Assembly (NCBI GenBank): GCA_964016885.1
Contig: OZ024740.1
Coordinates: 438,960,001-439,024,000 of the forward strand
Direction of reading: 5' to 3'
Source of the DNA: Eledone cirrhosa
Lineage: Eukaryota
Length of the DNA: 64,000 bases
The position numbers and the translations under genes are program-made. Below, one piece after another: positions 27,725-41,909 of the stretch (positions are counted from its first letter, which is position 1; every line of letters begins with the position of its first letter). The notes under the pieces are model-generated. The model was not told the origin of the DNA. It was given only the letters and a program-made list of their open reading frames with translations, and ran no database searches.

Positions 27725-28003
27725 TAGTGTGAACAAAGTTTCATACATTTAACATGTCTGTCGTTCCATTAGTTTCGGAGTCCAGTCATGGCCACCTCAG
27801 TGTAATGGAGGAGACACTTGTTAACTGGCCCTTCATTCAGGCACGTGGACTTATAGCCTTCCACTTTCCATAATTTCGTCCACGTACCTGAATGTAGGGC
27901 CACTTTAAAAGTGCCTCCTCCATTATACAGTGGTGGCCATAACTGGACACCGAAACCAATGGTAACACATATAGGTTAAGTGTATGAAACTTTGGTTACA
28001 CTA
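27725..28003. mobile_element. Old fold-back element (about 126-bp diverged arms) with a degenerate hammerhead-like core
   Basis: Arms 27725-27850 and 27878-28003 are imperfect reverse complements; combined reading CUGAGGU...CCGAAACCAAUGGUA. Confidence 0.6.
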
Positions 28004-28298
28004 TATATAAGGAAAAGAAATAGACAATACAAGTGGAGTCTTTTAAGAATATTTATTTAATTTACCGGTTTCCCCGTTCTTATGATTTTCAAAAGTAAAA
28101 TTGAGATGGAGAGTTTGTTGTGGTGTGTCTAGCATATATAATATCATATATATATATATATATATATAACAATATATATATAATCTTATATATATAAATA
28201 GGATCGATCGACTTTCGTCAAATCGGACCGAGGAAACAATGTTTCCGCCGGTCTTTCCAATTGCTAATACTATCTATCGGTGGCAACTCCTGGTAGAA

Positions 28299-28420
28299 GG
28301 AGCAACATGAAATAAAGTGTCTTGCTCAAGGACATAACGCATCGCCCGGTCCAGGAATTGAACTCACAACCTCAAGATTGTGAATCCAATTCTCTAAACA
28401 CTCAGCCACACGCCTTCACA
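28299..28420 (-). mobile_element. 5' part of tRNA-derived SINE family A
   Basis: Reverse complement of the head of the 34274 copy (GTGAAGGCG...GAGTTCAATTCC...CTTGAGCAAGACACTTTATTTCA). Confidence 0.85.
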
Positions 28421-28616
<196 letters not shown>

Positions 28617-28673
28617 AGGTAAAATAAGAAAGTTTAAAAAAATAAAAAAATTAACTTACTTACTAAAATTTTC

Positions 28674-28755
28674 ACTCCAACTAATTAGTTTTTGCAATGG
28701 GATAAAGACAGTTACGTAATCTAACTGTCGAGAATTCATTGCGTCATCAGGAAGT
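28674..28755 (-). ncRNA. Type-I hammerhead motif, degenerate (GAAA to AAAA)
   Basis: ACUUC CUGAUGA CGCAAUG...CAUUGCA AAAAC UAAUUA GUU GGAGU. Confidence 0.55.
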
Positions 28756-29217
28756 CTATTCTCAGCTAAGTCTCCAGGCAATGTGCGGACACTGGGGACT
28801 CATATAAAAATAATAATAATTCGGTAGATGGAACAGCTAGCGGGGACTGGATTCCATGCACTGAAAAGCTCGCTGTCTCTGGTCAAATGGCAGATTCTAA
28901 AGAATCAATCACGTGACACTGAGGCTAGTCGGTAGGAGTGGGATGGTAAGATGACAGAAGCCTACTATCACACCAATAAATTACTAGTGGTTTTGGCAGG
29001 TTTGCTCGACAAATAAGTAATTTGGAGATAAATATAGAGAATTTAGTATATCTACTAACATATGCGTACAGATGTACGCTAATGCTAGCAAATACACAGG
29101 TTATGTCATAGTACCTAGGTGGTTCAATGCAGGAGGATGCAGAACAATAATATAAAAGACGTAAAATAAGAAAATTTAAAAAAAAATTTAAAAATTAACT
29201 TACTTACTAAAATTTTC

Positions 29218-29299
29218 ACTCCAACTAATTAGTTTCTACAATGGGATAAAGACAGTTACGTAATCTAACTGTCGAGAATTCATTGCGTCACCAGGGAGT
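29218..29299 (-). ncRNA. Type-I hammerhead motif, degenerate (CUGA to CUGG)
   Basis: ACUCC CUGGUGA CGCAAUG...CAUUGUA GAAAC UAAUUA GUU GGAGU; stem I ACUCC/GGAGU is perfect. Confidence 0.6.
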
Positions 29300-29491
29300 C
29301 TATTCTCAGCTAAGTCTCCAGCAATTTTAGTAAGTAAGTTAATTTAAAATTCTTTTTAAATTTTCTTATTTTACGTCTTTTATATTATTGTTCTGCATCC
29401 TCCTGCATTGAACCACCTAGGTACTATGACATAACCTGTGTATTTGCTAGCATTAGCGTACATCTGTACGCATATGTTAGTAGATATACTA

Positions 29492-29591
<100 letters not shown>

Positions 29592-29626
29592 CATTATATA
29601 TATGTAACACTATATATATATATATA

Positions 29627-30190
29627 TAAACGGAAAAAGTGAAACGAAATTTTATTTCCCACTCTTAGTACGGCTGTTACTTAAATATAAGTATGTACAC
29701 GTACATACATATATGTATACCGACGTACAGTAGTATGTATATATATATATACATACATGCATACATATATACATGTACGTATGGATTCACCGAACATTTA
29801 TTATAATGCTCGGTGTGTTTGTAAACAAACATCCCGTATTAAGCCGTAGTGTCTAGCAACCATCGTTGCTCGTTTGTTCAACTCTGACAAAGGAACGCTG
29901 TACTAGTTTCAAGCTTATTAGCTATCGTCAGCAACGTATACCTTCCTGCCAGATGATTGAACGTCTGAAAGTATATACTTTCCTTATGCATATTAACGGC
30001 TGAGCAACCTAATTTGCATATCGAGTGGGTTAATCGGCCGGGTGCACCGGGATGTTTGTTTACAAACACACCGAGCATTATAATAAATGTTCGGTGAATC
30101 CATACGTACATGTATATATGTGTGCATGTATGTATATATATATACATACTACTGTACGTCTGTATGCATATATATATGTACGTATACATA

Positions 30191-30193
<3 letters not shown>
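29627..30193 (-). mobile_element. Fold-back hammerhead element (family shared with 61449-62064), in (TA)n
   Basis: Arms about 29689-29836 and 30048-30193; core nearly identical to 61640-61768. Confidence 0.8.
29895..29937 (-). ncRNA. Minimal type-I hammerhead ribozyme candidate
   Basis: ACGUUG CUGACGA UAGCU AAUA AGCUU GAAAC UA GUA CAGCGU: 6-bp stem I, complete core, palindromic ACUAGU stem III. Confidence 0.8.
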
Positions 30194-30266
<73 letters not shown>

Positions 30267-30336
30267 TATTGTCATTCTGCAAAAAAAAACACAGTAGTGT
30301 TGATCATATATTTTTTAATTTATAATTTCTAAATTG

Positions 30337-30423
<87 letters not shown>

Positions 30424-30428
<5 letters not shown>

Positions 30429-30615
30429 AAAAAGTATGACCTCGACAGCAGAGCTCAAGCCGTTTCGACGGCTATTTCTGGAGAGAAATAGCAGTTGAAA
30501 CGGCTTGAGTTCTGCCGTCGGAGTCATAATTTTTCCTATTTCCTAATCTACTAACCTAAGTTTTGAGTACTCTGGTGCGTTATGGTCCATCTGGTTCCTT
30601 ACCACAATTCTTTTG

Positions 30616-30616
<1 letters not shown>
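30424..30616. mobile_element. Short fold-back element (half-hammerhead family), in (TA)n
   Basis: Hairpin around GAGCTCAAGCCGTTTCGAC...GTTGAAACGGCTTGAGTTC; homologous to the 34797 and 39548 copies, in opposite orientation. Confidence 0.8.
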
Positions 30617-30662
<46 letters not shown>

Positions 30663-30929
30663 ATTTCTCTCCTTTTAATTAGCTCTACAATCAATAATAT
30701 TATTGAGGTATGAGAAATTAACAGTTGAGATACATTTATAGGTGAAAACAAGACATCATTAGCTTGTGAGGAAGGTAGGAGGGTACTAATTGAAATTCTA
30801 AACTTGAAGAGTCTATTACAGGTAAGTCGTGCATGTGAACTTGTTTAAATAACTACCTTCACGATAAGTATAGCCGTAGAGGAAATTCGTGGTGGGAGAC
30901 AATATCATCACGTATATACACAAATTAAT

Positions 30930-31800
<871 letters not shown>

Positions 31801-32465
31801 GGGAGAAAGATAGAAAGAAATAAAGAAAGGAAGGAAGAAAGAAAAGGAAGACTGAAATAACTATATATAAAAATGAAGATAACAGTAAGATTGAAGAGGA
31901 AAAAAGCTGTAATGTTGAACCGTGTTAAAACACCTCTCGCTGTCAACAGCTAGCAAGTACGAAAAAAATGCAATTAAAAAGTGACACGAGCTCTTAACAC
32001 AGCAGGTATAAATAACTGACAACGGTGTCTTACCAAAGTACTAGCAATAACTGCAATGAAGACATACTCGGTGTACCAACTTACTTGATACACTGCACCC
32101 CATCTTTAGCTTGGCTTCACATTCAATAAACGATTCTAAAGAAGAAACAAAATCTAATGAAAAAGAAGGAACGGTTAAATGCTTCCAGTAATTTCGTTGA
32201 CGTTAAAATACTTACACAACCACACAACCACACACACACACAGAGGCACACAAGCACACACACACATATAAAAACACATATATACACACACAATAACACA
32301 CACACAAGCATACTCATAAACAAACATACACACTTGTACACACATACAGAAGCACACATACAAACATACATACCAACACACACATAAGCACACACATATT
32401 TATAGATAGATAATTTGAAATATGGGTAGTTAGATAGACAGATATACAGACAGACAGGTAGATAC

Positions 32466-32549
<84 letters not shown>

Positions 32550-32759
32550 GTTAAGTATTGATAATGATATAAAAGGTTGACGTATTTCCAAAAGCTAAAG
32601 CGAGATTACATAAGATGTTTTTGTCATGTTATCTTTATAATTAACTCATTATTTCTTTTATGTCATTCCTTATTAATGAACCGTGGCAAATCCTTGGGTC
32701 ATTTGGTGCAGTCTCATGGAATTAAGATGTGTTTTTATTAGAGTTGTGTATAGTTCTGC

Positions 32760-33045
32760 GAAGACGTGTAGCTGACAGGTTAGTGTATAGATTAAGATCA
32801 GTTGGTCGTGAGTTCGTTTTCTTGAGCAAGACGCTCTATTTCATACCATTCCAATCAATTCATCTGGCAAAGATGAGTTGTATCTGTAATTCATATGATC
32901 AGTCTTGTTATATTTTGAGTCACGCAGATTCTCCCTGAGAAATACGTTAAATGTCTGTGGAATACTTAGCCATTTGCATGTTAATTTCAACACGAGGCTG
33001 TTCCGTTGATCGTACCAACTAGGACATTCGTCGTAAGAACTGAGA
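32760..33045 (+). mobile_element. Decayed tRNA-derived SINE (family A variant)
   Basis: GTCGTGAGTTCG...CTTGAGCAAGACGCTCTATTTCA head shared with family A; 3' body matches the reverse complement of the 24780 copy. Confidence 0.7.
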
Positions 33046-33117
33046 AAGATTCAACAAACACTCATTATTGAGAAATATTTTGATCATTAGGAGTGTCATT
33101 ATACTTGTTGTTAGAAG

Positions 33118-33299
33118 GGCGGTGGATTGGCGGTATCAGATGCCATGCTTTGTAGCATGGAGTTACGGCACTTTATGAATTGAGTTCAAATCCCGCCGAG
33201 ATTAACTTTGTCTTTCATCCTTACGGGATCGATAAAATAAAGTACCAGTAATACATTGGATTAATTGCTGGCCTTGTGCCAAAAAGTAGAAACAATTAT
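33118..33299 (+). mobile_element. tRNA-derived SINE family B
   Basis: GGCGGTGGATTGGC...TGAGTTCAAATCCCGCCGAG...CTTTCATCCTTACGGGATCGATAAAATAAAGTACCAGT; several copies in the window. Confidence 0.88.
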
Positions 33300-34273
33300 A
33301 TTACTTGTTAGAAATGATTGTGAGTTTCCACACAGTTGTTATACACGGTAAGAGCAACACATTCTCCATCAGATGACGCTCCACTGAGCTCGTTTAGAGA
33401 CTGATGTGTCATGGTTGAATTACCTCTAATAATAAAGCTGTTTGATTAGTATCTAACTGGTGCTAAACATGAAAACCAACAGCAATTTTAGTAATACGAG
33501 TCAGCTAGAAACTTCTCTGTGGTAACAGAACCTGCTAAAAACGTTTCCGACGCTTCTCTCTCCCGTCATACGCTACCTAGAGAAGTATACCAAGGACAAA
33601 TTAGTCGTAGATACCTTATCTCAGAGTCCGTGAATGGAATACATTTTATCATAGATCAGTTCAAACAGGACCAGACAACAACAACAATAACAACAACAAC
33701 AACAATAACAACAACAACAACAGCACGTTTTTTTTTGTATCTACTTACATAACTGGTTGCCATAAATCGGATATCCAAGATGTGAATATGTGTTGTCTTT
33801 AAGAGTCTTTTAATTCTCCTCTTTATATTCATGTTCACATTACAAGAGACTGCAGTCCTTCTGATTTCCCTACGTTAAAAATAAAAAAAAAGATTGTTAT
33901 ATAGAGACTTAAACCAAAATCGACAAAATCTCTTATGAATCAATTTTGTATTCCGCAAGATTTAATATACAACTATATTGAACTTGAAGAAGATGTTTCT
34001 GTTATACCAGTTCACAGGTACTAGTTTGGACATAAAGCGAAGTAAAATGGATAAAAAGAATTTCCTTCAGAACAACTCACAATGAGATCTTTTTATACCA
34101 AATCAACTAGGAAGAAATCTTTACAGTTCAACCGATTTCTATAATTTGCTTTCAATTTACCAAGTGTAGAAATACCCCCTTCTCACAAAGGTAGGTTCTC
34201 GTAATAAAAATGCACACACACACACACACATACAAATACACACACACACATACACACACATATATATATATAT

Positions 34274-34621
34274 GTGAAGGCGCTTAGCTTAGTGGTTAGA
34301 ACATTGGACTTGCAATTGAGAGGTTGTGAGTTCGATTCTCGGATGGAGTGATGCGTTGTTTCCTTGAGCAAGACACTTTATTTCACGTTGCTCCAGTTTA
34401 CTCAGCTGTAGAAATGAGTTGCGACATCACTGGTACCAAGCTGTATTGGTCAGTGCCTTTCTCTTGAACAACATCAATGGCGTGGAGAGGGGAGACTGGT
34501 ATGCATGGGTGACTGCTGGTCTTCCTCAAACAACCTTGCCCAGGCTTGTGCCTCGAAGGGAAACTTTCTAGGTGCAAAACCATGGCCATTCGTGGGGCCA
34601 AAGCAAAGCAAAGCAAAGCAA
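34274..34621 (+). mobile_element. tRNA-derived SINE family A with (AAAGC)n tail
   Basis: A-box-like TAGCTTAGTGGTT, B-box GAGTTCGATTC; body similar to the 26919 copy. Confidence 0.88.
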
Positions 34622-34796
34622 TATATATATATATATATATATCGTAGGGTTCAATCGGGGGTAACCACAGTAAGTAAGGTACTCAATACATACTAGAGGA
34701 CATGCAAGATTTAATATAGGAATGGCTTCTACAGGACAAGAACTGTTTTCCTTCGAATGAAACAATTCTAGACCTGCAGAACCCATATATATATAT

Positions 34797-34967
34797 CGAA
34801 GGATTTGTGGTAATGAACCAGATGGACCATAACGCACCAGAGTACTCAATACTTAGGGTAGTAGAGTGGGTAATAGGAGAAAGTATGACCTCGATGGCAT
34901 TTCTGGACTATTTAGTCCAGAAATTGCAGTCGAAACGGCTTGAGCTCTGCCGTCGGAGTCATACTTT

Positions 34968-34970
<3 letters not shown>
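34797..34970. mobile_element. Short fold-back element (half-hammerhead family), in (TA)n
   Basis: Same head (GGACCATAACGCACCAGAGTACTCAATAC) and GTCGAAACGGCTTGAGCTC core as the 30424 and 39548 copies. Confidence 0.8.
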
Positions 34971-35034
<64 letters not shown>

Positions 35035-35163
35035 GGTGGGGGTGAGGGCGGTAAGTGTGTGTGTGTGTGTTAGGTAAATTCGAAGAGAAAGCAAAGGGAA
35101 AAAGAGTGCTCTATGTATAGAACAGAGCTATTTAATTAGAAAGTGAACAACACAATATAACTA

Positions 35164-35231
35164 CTCCATTACCAACGGTTTCTGGATCACAGACAATATT
35201 AATATACATCTGGATCGTTCATCAGACAGAG
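35164..35231 (-). ncRNA. Type-I hammerhead ribozyme candidate
   Basis: CUCUGU CUGAUGA AC GAUC CAGAUG...UGUCUG U GAUC CA GAAAC CGUUG GUA AUGGAG; stem I CUCUGU/AUGGAG has 2 GU pairs. Confidence 0.7.
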
Positions 35232-35351
35232 ATGTTATGAATAGAAAATAAGAAATGAGATTTGAAATCTGTAACTGTGTATGTTTGTGTGTATATATAA
35301 GCATATATATATGAGTTTGTGTATATATATATATATGTCAGGTCACCAGTT

Positions 35352-35526
35352 GGTGCTACTGGTAACATGTATCCCAGTACAACCTGTCTCATGGTCGGGT
35401 CGTTGGCGACTAAACTGGCAACCCCACCAAGGTTTCTTGGTGAGGAAGGTGACTTTGGACATTCTGCAGGACTAAAAACAACACCTGTCAGAGGGCAAAG
35501 GAGCTCTTAAGAGTCAATAGCCATCC
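35352..35526 (+). repeat. Interspersed repeat; second copy inverted at 62821-62993 (possibly a LINE 5' region)
   Basis: GGTGCTACTGGTAACATGT...GGCGACTAAACTGGCAACCCCACCAAG...GCCATCC matches the reverse complement of 62821-62993. Confidence 0.75.
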
Positions 35527-35945
35527 AAAATCACCGGGAGAGATGACCCCTTAGCCTTTGTCAAGGCAGAATTCTAGGAGAAGGAAACCTCTGATATAAC
35601 ACCTGCAACCCTGATGGTATCCAATGATGTTGACTTGTTCTTCTTTTTGGTAAATATCCTCTTGGTTAAGAGAGTGGGACTGGCTTTGTGCAGTGCCTTT
35701 GCTCACTATAAAAGCTTCAAGGCACAGGCATTGCTTTATATCTGGAGATCTCTCTGCACTTGTCATCACATGGTACCATGAACCCAGCACTATGTGTCAA
35801 TAATTGTCACAAGTGTAGTGTTTGTACCAGAGTTATCAAATCATTTGCTGGACTAAAAAGTCACACTCGTTCAGCGCATCGGTAGTGGTTCTCCTACATG
35901 GATTTAAAGTAGTGGGCGTACTCGAAAACGAGTTGGCAGCCACCA

Positions 35946-36062
<117 letters not shown>

Positions 36063-36285
36063 CCCTTATATCTGAATGTGTGTATATGTGTGATGTGTGT
36101 ATATATATACACATATGCTTTTATATTTTTCTATATATTTTTCTATATTATTTTTCTTACATATTAATTATTATATATTCTTTTTTGTATATTTTTTCTC
36201 TTGTATATTTTCCGTTATTTTTCCAGACTCACCTCCAATTTTTAACAGATTTTAAATCTCATTTCATATTTTCTATTCATAACAT

Positions 36286-36354
36286 CTCTGTCTGATGAAC
36301 GATCCAGACGTATATTAATATTGTCTAGAATCCAGAAACCTTTTGGTAATGGAG
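36286..36354 (+). ncRNA. Type-I hammerhead ribozyme candidate (inverted partner of 35164)
   Basis: CUCUGU CUGAUGA ACGAUCCAGACG...UGUCUAGAAUCCA GAAAC CUUUUG GUA AUGGAG. Confidence 0.68.
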
Positions 36355-36369
36355 TAGTTATATTCTGTT

Positions 36370-36467
36370 GTTCACCATACCGAGAACAATTGTTTCACCG
36401 TATGCGGATCTTCAGTCCGAGCTGAAGATCTGCATAAGGTGAGATAATCGTTCTCGGTATGGTGAAC
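36370..36467. mobile_element. 98-bp hairpin element with complementary damaged hammerheads on both strands
   Basis: Plus strand: CCGAG CUGAAGA UCUGCAUAAGGU GAGAU AAUC GUU CUCGG. Minus strand: CUGAAGA UCCGCAUACGGU GAAAC AAUU GUU CUCGG. Confidence 0.7.
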
Positions 36468-36501
36468 TAACTGTTGTGTTACTACTTATATATATATATA
36501 T

Positions 36502-36638
<137 letters not shown>

Positions 36639-36995
36639 ATAGAATTAGGATTTACCTTCAGGCATAGCTGTATACAGATATGTATAGAAATATCGTATCT
36701 CTAAAGAAACACGGTATGTTTACAGGAAAACATTTAGAAAACTGTAGCTATGCAAAAAAAAACCCAAAAAAACACCGGGGCTGACGCCGTCTGGTGGTGT
36801 CCAGCAGAAGCAAGGGGGCCAATCATTGATGCATTTCGAACTTACCTGAAGCGAAATCCTAATTCTTTTCAATTATAAATTGAGCCAACTTATGCATCTT
36901 CATATGCAAATGAAATTAATCATCTCATTTACACAGACGAGCAAACTATATATTCTCGACAGTTCTTAAGTCCAACAGTCGCAGTGTGGGAGGGC

Positions 36996-37037
36996 TCGTC
37001 CTGATGAAGACCAGTTAAATTCGAAATGCATCGACGA
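36996..37037 (+). ncRNA. Minimal type-I hammerhead candidate (weak stem II)
   Basis: UCGUC CUGAUGA AGACCAGUUAAAUUC GAAAU GC AUC GACGA; perfect 5-bp stem I, palindromic AUGCAU stem III. Confidence 0.65.
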
Positions 37038-37093
37038 TTGTCCCCCTGCTTCTGCTGGAAACCACCAGTCAATCAACGACCTAAAATTATCGT

Positions 37094-37197
<104 letters not shown>

Positions 37198-37248
37198 TAC
37201 ACACACACACATAAACACACACACACACATACGAAATATAAGAGAGAA

Positions 37249-37294
<46 letters not shown>

Positions 37295-38292
37295 TCTGTG
37301 GTGCTGAGACCGGGGTGACACTAATCATGTGAGTACTCAATACAAGGGGAGACGAGCAACCGTTATGCTCCAATCGAACGTCTTATTTGTATCCCCCACT
37401 AGTCTCTTTCATTCTGGGCTGACAGAAATAAACTGTAGCAAGAGAGTAGAGCATGACCAGAGTGTAACACTACAATTGCTATGATTGGTCAGTGTATATC
37501 TGTGTTTATGGTCGTTAGCAAACAGAGACATGGTCTAGCTAAAACGATGCTTCTCTGAATATTGTCACTCCATTCAGTCACCATTGAACTCTTCTAGCTG
37601 AGATGGGGCAACCCAACAAGAAATTTCTCAACATCGTATTGATTTCCATTATATTGATTTCCATTATATTGATATCCAATGTATTGATCTCTTCACAAGG
37701 TACAAGGACAAGGTTAATGTTAATGTTCGAGGCAGACTTATCTTTCGAATGGTTGTCGGGATTCTGGGGAGTTTGAAATGGTTCAGTCAAGGATTTTACA
37801 GTTCAACAGTTATTAAAATATTATTAACATGGGAAAGTAGGATTTTATGTAATAACATTTATTATCAACAATATCATTATCATATTTATGTAATCACATT
37901 TATTATCAACACTATCGTTATCATATTTATGTAATAATATTTTTATCAACACTATCATTATCGTATTTATATAATACAATTTATTATCAACAATATCATT
38001 ATCATATTTATTATTGTTAATGATATGAAATATCGAAAATTAAGAAATATAATTTCAAGATATATTGGGACACAAACTCCGGCTATATTTTCTTTTCCCA
38101 GAAAATATCTATCTTCTTCTTTACCCCCCCCCCCCCCCCCATGAAATCACCTACACCCCTCCCTCTCTGTCTCACTCCTTATGTCACTGGATATCATTTT
38201 ATTAATGTGTAAATATGTGTGTATGAGTGTGTAATTACGTTTGTGTGAGTGTATGAGTAAATGGATGTCCGTGTGTTTTCCCGTGTTAATAT

Positions 38293-38362
38293 GTACGGGT
38301 GTACGGGTGTACGGGTGTACGGGTGTACGGGTGTACGGGTGTACGGGTGTACGGGTGTACGG
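38293..38362. repeat. (GTACGGGT)n octanucleotide repeat
   Basis: Directly visible, about 8.5 copies. Confidence 0.95.
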
Positions 38363-38834
38363 TTTTGGTTTGGTTTAAATGGCGCAAACAACGGATTTTA
38401 TTAAGTAATTTGAAGTTACTTTTCAATCATGGATCATCTCTGAAGAAGCAGAACACAATCAAATGAATTCTAGACATAACCCTCTTATCTTTTTAGATGC
38501 AGTGAACCTCTATATTATAAATGTCCTTCCTTTTATAACTTAATAAGTCGCAATTTCAGACAAATTGCTGCTCTTTCTAGTATCTCATGAATCCACGTAA
38601 AAACCTTCTTATTGGCTCATAGGGAAAGGAAAAGAGGGTGGTCACTGGTGTCATGTGTATTCTAAGTTTTCAGGTCTGTGGAGCAATATACATTTAATTT
38701 GGTGATGAGTTAAAGCCAGGTATGAACTCGACTCACAAGAATCTTCGTATTTCATCATAATCTGTCGAAAATAACACAAAAACATTTTCATCTTATCATT
38801 AATTAACTTATTGACTTAATGGATTTTTACTTGC

Positions 38835-38873
<39 letters not shown>

Positions 38874-38928
38874 ATAATAATAAATTTGAAGACTAGTGAT
38901 TCTTTGCTTAAACTTTAATCTGTTATTT

Positions 38929-39014
<86 letters not shown>

Positions 39015-39145
39015 GCAAAAGTTCTATTTAAAGTTGTTGGGATCCAACAAGTAAATATTTTTATAACTGATATAAAGCACTCGACAAGTTTTTGAAGTAG
39101 ATATACGATATTAATAAATGGAAACTATATTTATAAAACCATATT

Positions 39146-39210
39146 TATTTCATTATACATATTTCAGGGATACCACATTAAATTATGGTATGCCTTCATC
39201 AGACAAAATA
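39146..39210 (-). ncRNA. Type-I hammerhead ribozyme candidate (mirror copy)
   Basis: Exact reverse complement of 39293-39357. Confidence 0.8.
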
Positions 39211-39292
39211 CAATATATAACAGTTTTACAAATAGCTTTGACGTACCCTTTTAAAGTGCAACCATTACTATTTGTAAAACGGTTATATATTG

Positions 39293-39357
39293 TATTTTGT
39301 CTGATGAAGGCATACCATAATTTAATGTGGTATCCCTGAAATATGTATAATGAAATA
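39293..39357 (+). ncRNA. Type-I hammerhead ribozyme candidate
   Basis: UAUUUUGU CUGAUGA AGGCAUACCAUA AUUUAA UGUGGUAUCCCU GAAAU AUGU AUA AUGAAAUA: 8-bp stem I, long stem II, self-complementary AUAUGUAU stem III. Confidence 0.8.
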
Positions 39358-39396
39358 AATATGGTTTTATAAATATAGTTTCCATTTATTAATATC

Positions 39397-39529
<133 letters not shown>

Positions 39530-39547
39530 TATATATACATATATATA

Positions 39548-39737
39548 ACGAAGGAAATGTGGTAAGGGATCAGGTGGACCATAGCGCACCAAAGTACTCA
39601 ATACTTAGGGTAATAGAGTGGGTAATAGGAACGAGTAGGACCCCGACGGCTGAGCTCAAGCCGTTTCGACGGCTAATTCAGTCCAGAATTAACTGTCGAA
39701 ACGGCTTGAGCTCAGCCGTCGGGGTCCTACTCGTTCC

Positions 39738-39742
<5 letters not shown>
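39548..39742. mobile_element. Short fold-back element (half-hammerhead family), perfect 48-bp arms, in (TA)n
   Basis: 39623-39670 is the exact reverse complement of 39695-39742. Confidence 0.85.
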
Positions 39743-39793
<51 letters not shown>

Positions 39794-39808
39794 ATATATA
39801 TATATATG

Positions 39809-39840
<32 letters not shown>

Positions 39841-40039
39841 TAAAGGTGAACAACCAACATATATTCAAAATGTATATATCTATCTATCTATATGTATATA
39901 TATATATATGTGTGTGTGTACATAATACATACATACACACACACATACATACAAACATACATACATACATACATACATACATACATACATACATACATAC
40001 ATACATACATACATACATACATACATACATACATACATA

Positions 40040-40638
40040 CAAAGAATGTCATCTCGCTACTACCTCCCCATGAGACACGATGGGATAGCTAGAACCATCT
40101 GGAACGCACTTCAGAAAACAAAATTAACAACAAACGAGGAAGAATATATTGAGACAGATGGCACTAAGGAATACTGGTGGAACCTGAAAATAAAAACTGC
40201 CACCAAATTAAAGCACAACCGGCCTGATATTGTAGTTTGGGACCACACATTGAAAACGTGTTCTGTTGTGGAGATCAGCTGCCCACTTGATGTAAACGTT
40301 GTCAGAAAAATACAGGAGAAGGAGGACATCTACGGACCATTGATGAGGAGTTTACAAATCCAGTATCCAAGATACACCTTTAGCTTCATACCCATCATTA
40401 TTGGTGCTACGGGTTATATACCAACCCGCTTGGACCAAAGTATGACTGAACTTGGATTTGCGGACAAAAAGCGCAGCTCCCTAATTCATAGTCTGCAAAT
40501 GGCTGCGATAGCTGGCACCTTCAAAATTTGCAAAACATTCTTGCGATTCAAGGGATGACAATTTCTTATCTTTTACAACCTTGCCACCAGGAAGGTGGCC
40601 GGTCAAAAAAATATACTCGAAATTAAGAGAAAGAGAAA
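40040..40638 (+). mobile_element. 5'-truncated R4/Dong-like non-LTR retrotransposon (restriction-like endonuclease C-terminus plus 3' UTR) inside (CATA)n
   Basis: ORF 40046-40558 carries RHD, RPDIVVWD, VVEISCP.D.N and EK...Y..L motifs typical of RLE-type LINE endonucleases; uninterrupted frame; (CATA)n on both sides. Confidence 0.85.
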
Positions 40639-40661
40639 ACATACATACATACATACATACA

Positions 40662-40693
<32 letters not shown>

Positions 40694-41129
40694 GACACAG
40701 GAGCCCATTTCTACAATTTGGTGAAGAAACATATGAATCACACAATGTCCTTCCATTCGTTCCACGTGTTATTTACTGGTAGCTAATAGAAAATAATTGT
40801 AAACACACATCTCTGATTGGCATACCTAGCGGAATAGTACTGGGAAGAACTCAAGATTTTAGGATCTTATAGAAATTCTTAATAATTCTCTGTTACTTGT
40901 ATAAATAAATAAAATATATATAGATAGATAGATAGAGAGAGATATAGATAGATAGATAGAGAGAGATATAGATAGATAGATAGATATATACATTTATATA
41001 TATATTCATTAATATACATATATTTATACATATATGTATACATATATATATATATATACATATATATTTATATATATATACATATATATTTATATATATA
41101 TACATATATATGTATATATATATATATAT

Positions 41130-41256
<127 letters not shown>

Positions 41257-41909
41257 CACACACAAACACACATATATATATATATATATGTATACATAAC
41301 ACTACTACTTGAGCCTATTATGTATGTACCATATAGCCTATTGAGAATCCATATATTTTAATTAACTAGATATCCAGTTGTAAATATATATGTTAAATAT
41401 ATGTTAAAACAACGATACTGTGAAATACAGGGTCTATTTAAATGAAGTTAAATAAATAACTTTTTAGAAAACTGTATATTTTTGTAATATTCGGTTTTAT
41501 AAAGATTTATATGAGAAATTTCTTTAAAGATTCCACAATATTGAGGCTCTCACCATAACCCAATCAGACAGTGTATATTTTATTAAGGCTGAATAGTGAG
41601 TGTTGTTACTCTGGAGTTTCACCTGTTTAGCACAGAGTCATAAAATAATATGGGTGTGTGTGGGTGTGTGTCTGGGTGGGTGTACGTGGGGGGGTATATG
41701 TGGGTGGGCATAGGCGCGCGCGCGCGCGCGCGTGTGTGTGTGTGTATGGGTATATGTGTGTATTTGTATTCGTTATAACTTATTAAACTACTCTAATTTA
41801 AAAAATATATATATATATATATCGTTTTTTATAACTTTTATAGTTTTATATCTTTTAAAACTTTTAAAATTTCTGAACATTTTAAAACTCTTTTGTTTTT
41901 CTCTCTGTA

